DNA of 64,000 nucleotides from Felis catus (GCF_018350175.1 NC_058368.1:100008001-100072000); one strand, 5' to 3'. Counted from the stretch's first letter, positions 25,712 to 37,620 are shown. Notes: generated by a model not told the origin, from the letters alone. A program made the numbers and translations.

Positions 25712-26799
25712 AAAAAGAAGGATCAGATATATACGCATATTGGGGACTTACAACTTTTATGACAATATTTCCCAAAGTGGTATACAAAGTTTCGGTAGAT
25801 TTAATAACTACAACACAATATGACTTATGCTCCAATGAGACTGGAAAGAACTAATTTAAACATGATTGGGAGGGTTCTTTACATTAGAATTATCATAGGA
25901 TTTACTTTACATTATGAATGTTACTTTATATTATGAATCATACAAATTCTAAATGTATTTCATTAGAGAACCATTTTCCTAGCCAGATCTATCAATGTGA
26001 AGTTTTATGCCAAATGTAATTTGGGAAATGTTTCAAAAGAAAGTTGAAATATTCAGGGTAGATGAGCTCCCTCAATGAGTAAAAATACACCAAAAAGGAA
26101 AAAAAACAAGAATATAATCTGTTGTAAAACGCAGGCATCGTTAACAGTCAATTTATATAAACTTTAATAAATTATATTAGAAACAAAGGCAAAAGAGACC
26201 CAAAAATAAAAAATGGATAACATTCCTAATTTTTTTACTACATCATACTATCATCTATATTCCTGAGCTTATGACTGATTGATCTTCATTGTGGATTCCA
26301 TAAAAATAGTGTGTTACTGCAAATCTCTTCTGATCTCCACCCCACTCAGGGACATCTCCTTAGCAGCTTGAAAGAGGTAACAGTGGGGGAGCACTTACAC
26401 TTCGAATAAGAGCAAATACCACATATCAGGTCTTGCTTAACTGTTTTATTGATTGACCCTAAGCCTTATGACAACAAAGGAGAAAATTTTAACAACACAG
26501 ATTAAGTTTAAAAGTTTGCTTTGTCTACGTCATCCACTGTGGATAGTGCAATGTTCTTCCTGTAATCAAAAACCATAGCCAATTCAGTGAGAAGTGCTCT
26601 TGTCATTTATGAACAAATGAAGTTTCAACATATATCTTCACTACTTTCACTTTCATCTACTCACTAATGTAAATAAAAATACCAATCAATATTCATGTCA
26701 GAATTATGCTCATTCCTCAACTGAAACCATACTTTTTAACTACATTAATATACTACACACCTGAAAATTTATTACTGGATATTGGTCTGTCAGAGCATT

Positions 26800-27620
26800 C
26801 AATGATAATATTATTTTTATTTTCAAGCTTGAACTTCTCTGCATATTTATCAAAAACTTTATACAAAATTGATCTTCATATATTCGTGTTTAATAGATAA
26901 TATAGCCATATTTGTCCATTTCTCTTCATTTATAGCTCAAGAACACTTTCAGTTAATTTTAATGTTGATGTTTCTTTCACAAGAAGCGACGTGTACCTAT
27001 ATGCTACTAGTCTAAGTCTTAAACCTTAGAAAATATTTGGCAGTGAATCATTATAATCTCATTCACAATAAATTCCAGAAACTGTAATATTATCCGTGTC
27101 TCTGTTTCTTCAGGATGTATGCTAAATGGTTCCAGTTAAAAATATTTCCACTAAAATATTTTCACATTAAAATTCATCATAAACTTCTGGTTTATCATAA
27201 TACTGGTTACAACTACACATTTTTTTCTTCTGCAAAAATCAGAGAAACTGGCTGAAGGATAACGAAACTTATTTAATCCACTGTTTCAAAGCAAGCGTCC
27301 ATTTTTAGTGAAAACCCTCGAGGCATTCACCTATTGCTCTTCTGCTCTGCTAATGGCGATGTAATACCAGCATCTTCTGTTGTTTCTTCTCCCGTTCTCT
27401 GAAATTTGATTCTTTTTTCTATGTGAATGTCCGTTCTCTTACCTTTTTTCACTTGTTGGTGCTGCAGGTTCGTATCACTTTCCACATTTCCTGTATGCCT
27501 CTTTTCAAGAAATGATTTTAAAGCTTGGCATTTCATGGTACAACATTCAAGGATGATTCCAGCTTTCTGCAAATTTTTTAATCTGATACACCTCATCTAA
27601 AACTTCACATCAGAAAAAAA
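26800..27620 (-). mobile_element. Decayed hAT DNA transposon (Tip100/Zaphod-like): transposase C-terminal dimerisation region
   Basis: Minus-strand translation across frameshifts gives LQFLEFIV..DSLPNIF*GLRL..VASCERN..TLKLTESVL..NEEKWTNMAILSIKHEY..DKYAEK, matching the hAT motif FPNL..LRL.LT.PVSVASCERSFSKLKLIK..LR..M.QERL.NLAILSIE. Confidence 0.8.
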
Positions 27621-29959
27621 AATAGAGAACTACAAAATTCACAGCTATTATTCTATCATTTACTCCAAACAGCTATTAAATGTGGGAATATATAGTATCA
27701 CAGAGACTGCAAATCAGCTGTGTTGAAAAGTGTGCTCAGCTGATTCCAGACAATCACAAACTTACTACCGAATAGGTATCTGAGACTATGTGTATCAGAG
27801 GCCAATTACATACCTGGCAGTTCTCCAACTTACTTTCATATAAGATATGTTTATTAAAGTTAATAAAAGTGTGGTAATTTTGAAGCTTACATGTACATTT
27901 TTTTAAACTTGATAGTAAAACTGTGGTAATTATTTAGAACAGACAAAATATTTGTTCAGTGAGGAGAGTTTTATCACTTTTTTTTTTTTTAGCATTTCTA
28001 GTGCATGGTGATAATAGAAGCAGGTTGACTTTAGTCAGGATTGTAAATAATTTTAAATTTTCTCCAGAAAAATTCTTGCCCCTTCCCTCATTTCTTGCAT
28101 CCAGAGCTGACCTCTCCCATACCCTGGCCCTTGCTTGGAACTTCCCTGCGCTCTAAACTAGTTGTTACAGACATGAACACAGGCAGATCTCAAGTCCAGC
28201 ACTATCACCAGTGGGGCTGGGTAATTCTCTTGAATCAATAGTATTCACATGACCAAGGTAAGGTATGAAAAAGTCTAGCATGAAGCAACCTCTACATAGT
28301 CCATCTATTTGGCAAGGCTTCTAGCTTAGACAATGATAAATGTGAGAAGACAAAGAGGAAGGGGGTCACTGGCTGAGCCAACACATTCAGGTGAGTCAAT
28401 CCCGGCAACAGAAAGGGGTGATATCTCATACTGTGAACAATCAAAAGTATAATGAGCACCTGGGAGGTCACTGGTAACAGTGACAAACACAGTTTCAGTG
28501 CAGTGGTAACAGGGATTCAAACAGCAGGGCTTTGAGGAACAGCTGAAAAGTGAAGAAGCAGAGACAGCACTTTAGAGAATCTTGAGTAGGAGTTGGGGAA
28601 AATAACAGAGCTTCTTTCTCTAACCCTAATCCTCACCAGAAACAAAACTGGTATTCCTTCAAAGAGAGGCTAAATGACCAGCTAAAGGCAACTCCCCAGC
28701 CTATACACTTTATCACTCTCTCGGCCTCAATGGACAAGTGACCGAAATATCTGCTACAAATAAAAAATGTTTTCTCTGAACAGGCTTTTACACCATTCAC
28801 TTTATTCTGTCCCAAATTTCCATCTCATTGTTTAAATATAACTACAGCAAAATATCCTTTAAATATTACTCAGTCACTTACAAATGTATAAATCCTCAGG
28901 TATTTCGAGACCTGCTTCTCCCAGTCTATTAAGATTCATAAAGTATGATTTTTGCCTTAAAAGATTTTGCTTCACTTTTTACAAATTTCAGTAACTTTAA
29001 GAGAACTATCATTTTAAGGGGTGTGTTGGGGAAATACACTTAAGAAATTTAAAAGGTTTTAATTTCTATGCCTAACAATGTTTTTAAAAACTTTAAGAAA
29101 GTGTGACAAATCCTTTGTATTACTTCATGAAATACAATGTCTTTTGCCACCTTGCTTTTATATGACTAATTTCCTTTGCTGAGAATTCTCTCCCTATTCT
29201 ATAGCTGCCTATTTAAGGGCCACCCTTCTTTCAAAATAGAGCTCAAAACCTATCTCCTCTAGGAAGACTTCTAATCAAATTGTTCTCTCACTTCCCTGTA
29301 ATAGTCTTTATATGGCACTCAATATAGTTGGTCTTGGCATTGGAATTATTAAAGTCATTATTCCATAAGTCCATGGTAAACATGGAGAGCACAACGACTT
29401 AATCATTTATCTCCTATTGAAACCAGTACACCGGTTTGCACAATAGATGCTCCACAATGTAGATTAAAATGAACCACAGCCATAAATTTAAAGTGAATAT
29501 ACAGGGCTTTAATAATGTTTTCTCAACTTAAATCATTATAGGCTTTGTTGCATAATCTTGAGCTTATCTTGGGTTAACTGGAAACTAATTAAAAAAAACA
29601 AATCATATATAGGAAGGGATTTATAGTTTATAAAGTGTATTCAGTCTTTACTGAACAATCAATAAATAATTAGATGAATGGGAAAGAATGGCATGGTAGT
29701 CATAAATTATAAATGTAGTTTATACATTCATATCATGGAGTTGTTATAAAACTGCCACCAATGATTTTATGTCAAGAGACTTGGATTGCCCTCTTATTAC
29801 CTCTCTGACCTCAGGAATATTTGTTATTCATAAGACACGACTCCCTCTTACGTACTATGCCTATCTTACAAAGTTTCTGTCAAGATGAAATGAGATAATG
29901 GAAAATAATAGCAGTTTAAATTATTGAGAGGTAAATATTCATTAAGAAACTACACTGTG

Positions 29960-30135
29960 TTTTTGCTTAATCATCACAACAATCCTATGAGGCTGATTAT
30001 CATTCTCATTTTTATAAGGGAAACTTGGCACAGAGAGCTTACATAACTTGCTCAAGGGCATACAGTTATTAAAAAATGGAATTAAACTTTGTTGTCAGAT
30101 AGTCTGACTCCAGAGCTAAACCTCTTAGCCAAAAT
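29960..30135 (-). mobile_element. MIR SINE
   Basis: ATCATCACAACAATCCTATGAGG...ATTCTCATTTT...GGAAACT...AACTTGCTCAAGG...GTCTGACTCCAGAGC, the MIR core. Confidence 0.75.
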
Positions 30136-30419
30136 ACTAAATTGCTAACTCAGTGTCAGCTCATTCCCTGAGATTTTGTAAAATTTGATTATGTAACATT
30201 AACCAATTTTTTTTCAAATTTTAGTATCTAAAATTCCTAAAATACAAACTTTTCTTTAGATTTCCCACAGATATAATAACAAATCTATTCAAAACACTCC
30301 ATAAAAATTAAAATAAAATCTAGGCAAAAAGCAATCTGTTAGAGGATTAATTTAGTAAACACATTGGCCTAGGAACTTGCGAATTACCTGCTTTCTATAT
30401 ACTAACCAATTACGCTCTT

Positions 30420-30421
<2 letters not shown>

Positions 30422-30463
<42 letters not shown>
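30422..30463. repeat. (TG)n microsatellite
   Basis: Directly visible. Confidence 0.95.
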
Positions 30464-30465
<2 letters not shown>

Positions 30466-30691
30466 TTATATATACATACACATAAAGTTGAATCTTAAAA
30501 AAAAACATTAGCAGTTCACCTAGAGGGTTGGTTGTTGTTGGCAACTCACTTCAAATCAAAAATTAAAGACTGAGCAGTTAATCTTAGTCATTAAAGAAAT
30601 ACAAAATCTGATAGATTCAACTGTTTTCTTTCTAATTTAAAAAATGTTGTCATAAGCCATTTACTTAGATTGCTTTCTATACATTTCCAAA

Positions 30692-30863
30692 ATTTTTAAA
30701 GGTTTTACTTATTTATTTTAAGAGAGAGAAAGCATGAGCAAGGGAGGGGCAGAGAGATAGGAGGGAGCAAGAATCCCAAGCAGGCCGCACACTGCCAACA
30801 TAGAGCCCAAAACCTGAGCCAAAGTCTGATACATTTAACTGACTGAGCCACCCAGGTGCCCCT
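30692..30863 (-). mobile_element. CAN-SINE, internally deleted
   Basis: Reverse SINE lacking the B-box segment. Confidence 0.85.
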
Positions 30864-31194
30864 ACCTTTCCAAATTTCAATTGTAGTGTCAAATTTGGAG
30901 AACAACACTGCCATCCAGGGATAGAGAACTCAAAGTGCAGAGCCATAAAACCAAAAACTTAATGCAGTAGTTAACAGTTGGCACTGAAACACCCAGCTAT
31001 ACTACAATCTGCTGTGAGTGAATTACTAACTGTGCAAATGTAATTTGAGTACAAAATCATCAGATTATAAAGATTATAAATTACACCACATTTTTAAAAA
31101 GTGAAAGGATTCCCCAAAACTTCTCTTTTACCCACTCATTCAAGAAAGAGAAAGGTGGAGCATTACAATCACCTTGTTAGTACCAGCCCATAAC

Positions 31195-31680
31195 TTTCTT
31201 TTTTTAAAGCACTTCACTAAGGTAAGATTAATCTACAAAAAACTGTACACAATTAACACACTCAATAACTTTGGAGGTAAGCACAGTATATACCATGAAG
31301 CCATAACCACACTCTATTCCATTAGCATATTCATCATCTCCAAAAGTTTATCCTGCCCTCTTTAATGCTTATTTTTTTTTGAGGATAAAACATTCAGCAT
31401 AAGAACTATCCTCATAGCAATTCTTAAGTATATGATATTGTTAACTATAGGCATTATGCTTCATAGATATCTCTAGGACTTATTCATCTTATATAATGAA
31501 ATTCTGTACCCTTTGACTAATACCTGTCCATCCACATTTCCCTCACTCCAACCCCTTGCAAATGCCATTCCAGTCCTTTCTTCTTTGAATATGACTGCTT
31601 TCAATTCATAATGTACATATTTAATGTTGTATTTGTCCCTCTGTGTCTGGCTTATTTCACTTAGCAAATGTCCTAATATC
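31195..31680 (-). mobile_element. L1MA/MB-type 3' end fragment
   Basis: Minus-strand peptide LLSEISQTQRDKY is the ORF2 C-terminus, followed by a typical 3' UTR. Confidence 0.75.
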
Positions 31681-31747
31681 AATTGTTACCCAATATCTAA
31701 TAATAGAAACAGAGAGCAATGGGCACGTTAGATAAGGAAAAGATTGC

Positions 31748-31798
31748 CTTAAAATTTTTTTTAAAAGTCTTTAGAGAAAGCATGAGTCAGGGACAGGA

Positions 31799-31841
<43 letters not shown>

Positions 31842-31961
31842 CTCAAGCAGGCTACTGCTCACAGCAGAGCCAGATGCAGGGCTCGATCCCACTATCCTGA
31901 GATCATGACCTGAGCCAAAATCAAGCATCAGATGCCTAACTGACTGAGTCACCCAGGTGCC
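31748..31961 (-). mobile_element. CAN-SINE with (GA)n
   Basis: Reverse SINE ending CACCCAGGTGCC. Confidence 0.9.
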
Positions 31962-32004
31962 TGGAAGAGATTACTTTTTAGGTAATTTTCTTTTCTCAAA
32001 GAAA

Positions 32005-32395
32005 GTGGCCTCAATTGTGTCCTCTACCCCTACTCCAACCTATACATTGAAGCTAAAATCCCCAAAATGTTGGTATTTAAAGATAAAGTCTTTAGGGAGG
32101 TAACTAAGATGAAATGAAGTCATAAAGGTAGAGCCTGAATCCAACAGAATTGGTATTCTTAAAAGAAAAGCAAGAAATACCACAAAAGTCTCTCTCCAGG
32201 TGTGTCCATTCGAATGGCCACATGAGGACAAAACAAGAAGCGGCCACTGCAAGCCAAGAAGAGAACTTCAACCAGAAACAAACATGATGCCACCTTGATC
32301 TTGGACTTGTACCCTCCTAACTCTAAGAAAATAATTTCTGTTGTTTGAGCCACCCCATATGTGTTATTTTGTTACGGCAACCCACATAGACAAAA
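32005..32395 (+). mobile_element. MaLR solo LTR (MLT1A/B-like)
   Basis: AATTGTGTCC..TGAAG..CCCCAA..GGTATTT..GTCTTTAGGGAGGTAA..GCAAGCCAAGAAGAGA..CACCTTGATCTTGGACTT..TTCTGTTGTTTGAGCCACCC..TATTTTGTTACGGCAACCC. Confidence 0.85.
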
Positions 32396-33582
32396 GTAGT
32401 GTGATTTGACAAACTCTTGAGAAACCTAAAAATGGAAAACTTGATTCCCATTGAACATGTTGTTGGATCCTTACTTCCACTAATTGGAACACTGTAATAA
32501 AGAGGTAAGAGGGTCTCACAGTAGTTGCTTTTAATGATAATAGAATTGTTCTTTCATGTATCTGGCAGCATTTAACTGATCAGGTCAACACTTCAGGAAT
32601 AAAAGGAAGAGGTGTTTTCATGTGTTGCTTTCCAGAGACACTTGTACCCTGATTAATACAAATACATTGTTATTACTAGAGGAAATGCATGTAGCTTAAA
32701 AGAGCAGATTAGCAGAATCATCTTTGCAAAGAATCAAGATAATTTTTGAGATTGTACCATCAAAAGGGGGAAATGGTTTGACTTGTTAGCGATGTATCAG
32801 GGACAATGGAAAACTACTAGTAGTTTAAAATGAGCATCTAAGGTTGCTAAAAGCTTATAATGTATGAGAATAGTTTTTACAGAAGAAATTTCAAGTCAGA
32901 CTATTGTAAGTAATATAAAAAATGAGGTGCTGATGAAAAAAATTAACTTCTGTTGGGAGTTACGGAAAGGATTCTTTAAAAGGACAGATGGAACTTAATC
33001 CAGTCTTGAAAAGTAGCCATTGAGAAAGCAGATCTGGCATGTGGAAAGGCAAAGGAGAGAGCCTGGGCCAAGAAAAGGTAGAAAACAAACCTTGAACCTG
33101 AGAAGACTGAAGTGTTGGACAAGAGGAGTCATCCAGAGAAAACACTACAGGGCCTTTAAGAACTACAGACAAACTTCATATTAAGAATACATTTTCTGAA
33201 TTATTATGGAATCATAAAAACACCTTGTCCCAAGTTAAAATACATATTTTCCATAAAGCTCTACACTTATCTTTAAGATGCCCTTTCCTATGTACTTATG
33301 TATGGAGTGCCTACTACCTACCTAGGTTGAAGAAGCGATTACATTCCAGGAGTTCAGCTTTAATAAAGAGAAACAGATGACTAAGGAGACAATTACAATT
33401 TAGTGTATGGCTTATTAATGGCAAAACTACCTTTCCCAACATTATTCAAAGAGGAAGTCAACCATCAATGATTTGTGCCCAAATCACACAATAAACTAAA
33501 GAAAAAAAAAAAAACACAATACAAGTCTGAGTTAATGTAATTTGAATACAGAATCATCAGTTAAGAGCACGGACTCTGGACA

Positions 33583-34084
33583 CAGCTGTCTTTTTTGGAC
33601 AGAGGCGCCTAAGGAGGCCTAGCTTAAATGTTCTTTCATCAGTCTTGAAATTGTCAATTTTTATCTGTGAATTTGAGTTTTGTAAGTGAAGTCCAGTGTG
33701 ACAATGAAACATATCTCAAGGGTTTAGTCCTGGGTCATTGTTGGTCTTGCCTCCCACATATTCCAGTTGGATTCTCTGGCTTCCCACTTTCCTGCCTCTG
33801 CTCAGCAACTGCTGCCATCTTGTTACAAAACATGCATCCTACCCTGAGTCCTGGGGTACGGGTCCCAGGCACCTGTAAAGGTCTGCACTAGATTCACCAA
33901 TATGCCTGTGCTTGACAGAACACTACATTACATACCAAATAAAAACAAAGGACAGGTCAAGAAACACCATGCAAGACATGAAAAAAAAAAGAAAAAGAAA
34001 AACACCTTTTTCCTACTTTTTCAATGAGGGGTCTTACATTTTCATTTTGCAGTGGGCTCCGCAGATTTATGTAACCATTCCCTC
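33583..34084 (+). mobile_element. MER45-family hAT-Tip100 MITE (MER45C-like)
   Basis: GTCTTGAAATT..TTTTGTAAGTGAAGTCCAGTGTGACAATG near the left end; CATTTTCATTTTGCAGTGGGCTCCGCAGATTTATGTAACC at the right end. Confidence 0.75.
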
Positions 34085-34099
34085 AGTCCTGTGGCAGTG

Positions 34100-34270
34100 G
34101 TTGGCCCCAGCTAGGAAACTATGGGTAAGACTTGGCTCCTCCGAAGTCAGTTTCCACATCTGTAAAATAAGAATAGTTCCTATCTCATCGCATGTCTGTA
34201 TTTTGGAGATAATTCATGTAAAGCTTTTGCCCCTGGCTCTGACCCATTTTAATGATCAATATTACCAGGT
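34100..34270 (+). mobile_element. MIR SINE (3' part; 5' part at ~33550-33582)
   Basis: CAGTTTCCACATCTGTAAAATAAGAATA..CCTATCTCAT..GAGATAATTCATGTAAAGC; upstream GTTAAGAGCACGGACTCTGGA. Confidence 0.7.
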
Positions 34271-34799
34271 GTTAAGTATTAATTCAAAGATTATCTAATT
34301 CAGATACTCCTTAATGTCTCTTCAACCTGCAGGCAAATACTTCAAACAGTCATTCCGTTAGGCAGTTGCAAACGTGCTTTTAAAGTTTTCCTCAAATGTT
34401 CAATTATTTGTTTCCTTTTCTAAAGGGAAAAATCTATTTAAATCTACTTAAACAGCTATTACTATATTATATTAGTATTAAATCTATTTAAACGTTCGTT
34501 ACCTAAATTCAAACCTTATTACAGTGTGCAGAAAAAATAGGTTCACGCTTCAGCTATAGTATGAGCCTGGGGGGCGGGGGGGGGGGCGTTGGGGAGAGCT
34601 GCATCTAATTAGGGCTCCTTGTGAGAAGCGCAAGAATGTTCACAAACCCCAGATAAAAAAAATTCGGTGCAAAAATTGGTCACTCAACTGTTCCTTTCAC
34701 AAAACATCTTTTCACCCCCCACTGGGACACAAAAACAAGGTCTTTAACAGCCGAGCCAAGTCTACCAACAAATATAATAAAATAAATAAGCATCTTTAA

Positions 34800-35330
34800 A
34801 AACTTCCGAATTTGCCAACAGTTAGAGCCTCCTGTGAGCCACCTGCGCAGGCTCGGTTTCCATAGGAACGTGCAGTTCCGGCGCGTAGCCCTTCACTCCG
34901 GAAGTCGTTCTCACTCACTTCCGTTCTGTCCCTGAAAGCGTCAATCTCCTTTCTCCTCAAGCGTCGTCGCGGAAGGTTGGTCGGTGAGTTTTGGGCCACA
35001 GAGCGTGCCGTAGAGGGGCGTGGCGACGCAACAGCGATTTGATTCGCAGAGTTCACGTGCTGGTCGCAGCGCTTCTTGAACCCACCATGGCTCAACAGGG
35101 GAGTCTAAACCTCAATAACGAGGTAGGCGCCGAGGTCTGGGAACTTGTGGGACTGCCCTTTAGTACCCTCCCTCCCCCCACGAACGGCTCTTTGGGTCTT
35201 TCTGACAGGCGCGTGGTCTCCTGGGGGCGAGGGTAAGGAGTGCGGCTGAAGGAGCCGCTGGATGGGCCCAGGCAGGTTTACCGGAACTCGGAGCCTGGTC
35301 ACAGTAACTTCCCTTCACGGTTCCGAGGTG
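34800..35330. promoter_or_regulatory. SRFBP1: CpG-island promoter of SRFBP1, with no obvious TATA box
   Basis: Only CpG-dense non-SINE stretch in the window; ETS/GABP CCGGAAGT 34898-34905 and ACTTCCG 34802/34917; NRF1-like TGCGCAGGC 34844; X-box-like GTTTCCATAGGAAC 34856-34869; GC box GGGGCGTGGC 35015-35024; E-box CACGTG 35054-35059. Confidence 0.88.
35087..35122 (+). CDS. SRFBP1: SRFBP1 coding exon 1 (MAQQGSLNLNNE)
   Basis: Strong Kozak CCCACCATGG; matches the SRFBP1 N-terminus as recalled (human MAQPGTLNLNNE); donor GAG|GTAGGC, phase 0. Confidence 0.93.
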
Positions 35331-36573
35331 GCTGAAGCAAGAGACCTGTCTCTTGCCCTTGGGCCCCATGAATTTTTATCTCTGAGACGTTGGGAGTATC
35401 ATTTAATCTTTATGGTAACTGTCCGCGTTTGTAAAACGAAGCTCTGATCCTACTTTCTTCGCAAGGATGTTGTGAGCAATTAATTGGAATATGGGAAGTG
35501 TTTGCACGGTGCTGGACAGCTAATAAACTCTCATTAAGCGTTACCTGCCTTTTATCGGGTGCTGAAAGTGAAGGCGGGAGGTTAAGAACTATAGCTTATA
35601 CTAAGAGATTGCTGATCTACAGTGAGATCGTGTCGTTTGTAAGGAGGTACACTCAATACCATGTTTCTTATTGCAACTACTGTCCCATTTCTCTCCTTTC
35701 ATTTACAGCAAAAATTTTAAAAAGAGTTGTTTATACTTGCTGTCGCTAACTCCCCTTCTCTCGTTCTCTCTTAAATTCACTCTGAAACCAGGTATTTGCT
35801 CTTATCACTGCTAACGTATCGTGTCTGTGTCACTAGGCTACCATTTCTAGCGCTATCCCCTTTCCAGTTTCTGGTTCTATTTAAGGAATCATAAGACATC
35901 TGAAGATTTAAAGTAAGCTGGAGAAGCAAGAATCAAATGAGGACCTCCCAGCTAATGCAAAGGAGGTTTTTTATCCTGTATTCAGTGGCTCTGTGTTTGC
36001 TATGAGCATGATCTACTGTTCACCTTGCACAGTTGTGTGTAGACATACTTTCTATTTTCAGGCAACCTGTAGGTTGCAACTCAGATAGGAAAGGGTAAGC
36101 AGCACCCGCCTATGGTATAGAATAATGCCCAGAAAGACAAGTAGTGCAGAAAAATTTCCAAAGAAGGCTAAATGAAGTGATTATTCTTTGTCTTTAAGGA
36201 TCTTAGACTGGCATTGCAGTCAGTGATTCACTGAAGGGAAAAAGGCATTCCAGGCAAAAGGACTGGTGTAAACCAAAACGAGATGGTAGTAGGGACCCCC
36301 TTGGGTAGTGTAGGGCTAGGTAACTCTCCATTGATGAGAACGTGTGGATGAAGTAGGAAATTAAACTAAAATATATTACATACTGCCCTACTTCCAGGTT
36401 AATGAGTCTAGATTTTACTTGGCAGTGGAGTACAGATACATTGAAGGGGGAAATCCTGAAGATCTTAGCATATATTTGTAAACATACATTATAATTTAAA
36501 ATAAATGGGAGGGAAAATTTACAAAGGGAAAAACAAGCATAGAGTTGTCCATATAAAAATGAGAAATATCTTT

Positions 36574-36796
36574 GGGGCGCCTGGGTGGCGTAGTCGGTTA
36601 AGCGTCCGACTTCAGCCAGGTCACGATCTCGCGGTCCGTGAGTTCGAGCCCCGTGTCAGGCTCTGGGCTGATGGCTCAGAGCCTGGAGCCTGTTTCCGAT
36701 CCTGTGTCTCCCTCTCTCTCTGCCCCTCCCCCGTTCATGCTCTGTCTCTCTCTGTCCCAAAAATAAATAAACGTTGAAAAAAAAATTTAAATAAAA
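36574..36796 (+). mobile_element. Young felid SINE (SINEC_Fc-like) in intron 1
   Basis: CpG-rich consensus-like body; TSD AAAAATGAGAAATATC. Confidence 0.96.
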
Positions 36797-36989
36797 AAAA
36801 ATGAGAAATATCCTGAAATTTAAGAAAGACAGCCAATTACAAAATATATGTATATATAGCAAATATGACAGATAAATGGCTAATGTCATTACTGTTAAAT
36901 AGTAGTTAGGAGAAACCATCTCATAGAAAATTGGTAAGAGAAATGAAATAACTCCTCCAAGGAAGAAATGTATCAGAAAAAGAGTTCAC

Positions 36990-37620
36990 TATCTTAATCC
37001 ATTACTTTTTCGTTACCGTCCCATACCAGTTCAAGTTATATCTCTGACCAGAACTGCTTACTAGCCTTCCAACTATTTTCCTTGATTCTTCTCTCCCTCT
37101 AGTCTGATCTCCATAGTGCAGCTAGAGTGAGTGCTCGCTTCAAAATAGAAATCTAATCCCATGACTCCCTTGCTTACAGCCTATTTGATGGCTTCCTGTT
37201 GCTTTTGGTAAAAATCTGCCTAAACAAGACCAGTCCCCTCTCCCCCTTCTAGTACACCACTGCCTCCCACCCCTCACCCCACTTCAGCCTCACTGGCCTT
37301 CCTCTACTAGGAAGCGTCGCACTCTTACTCCTCCTTTGGGCGTATTCTCCCTTGTACCCAAAACTCCTTTTCTTCTCATTAGTCCGTTTCGTATTTCTAC
37401 TTTACTTGTTATTTTGTCAGGAAAACTGACTTTGACTTTATCCTTTTATCCCTTCTATAAGCATTTGTAACTGCATTTACTTTTTAGCTCTTATAATAGT
37501 TGCTTAGGGTATATGTGTCTGAATGTGAGAGAGGTTTCTTATTTCCTCCATTTATCTGGAAGCTTTTTGCTCACCATCATATCTTCACTACCCATCTGTT
37601 CAGTGAGTAACTCGAGCCAT
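36990..37620 (+). mobile_element. L2 3' fragment
   Basis: CCATAGTGCAGCTAGAGTGA..ATGACTCCCTTGCTTA..GATGGCTTCC..CAGCCTCACTGGCCTTCC, typical L2 motifs. Confidence 0.6.

Noticed and set aside
27327..27596. 89-aa minus-strand ORF as a novel standalone protein gene
   Set aside because: Lies inside a decayed hAT transposon and has no promoter context; kept only as an exonisation hypothesis
28619..28633. Telomere-like CTAACCCTAATCCT
   Set aside because: Only about two imperfect units; expected by chance
34796..35447. Overlapping ORFs in the CpG island (34796-35095 -, 34991-35236 +, 35105-35369 -, 35262-35447 +)
   Set aside because: GC-rich, stop-poor sequence; only 35087-35122 matches SRFBP1 and ends at a splice donor
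37131..37141. GTGCTCGCTTC, identical to the U6 snRNA 5' end
   Set aside because: The match stops after 11 nt inside an L2 fragment; chance similarity
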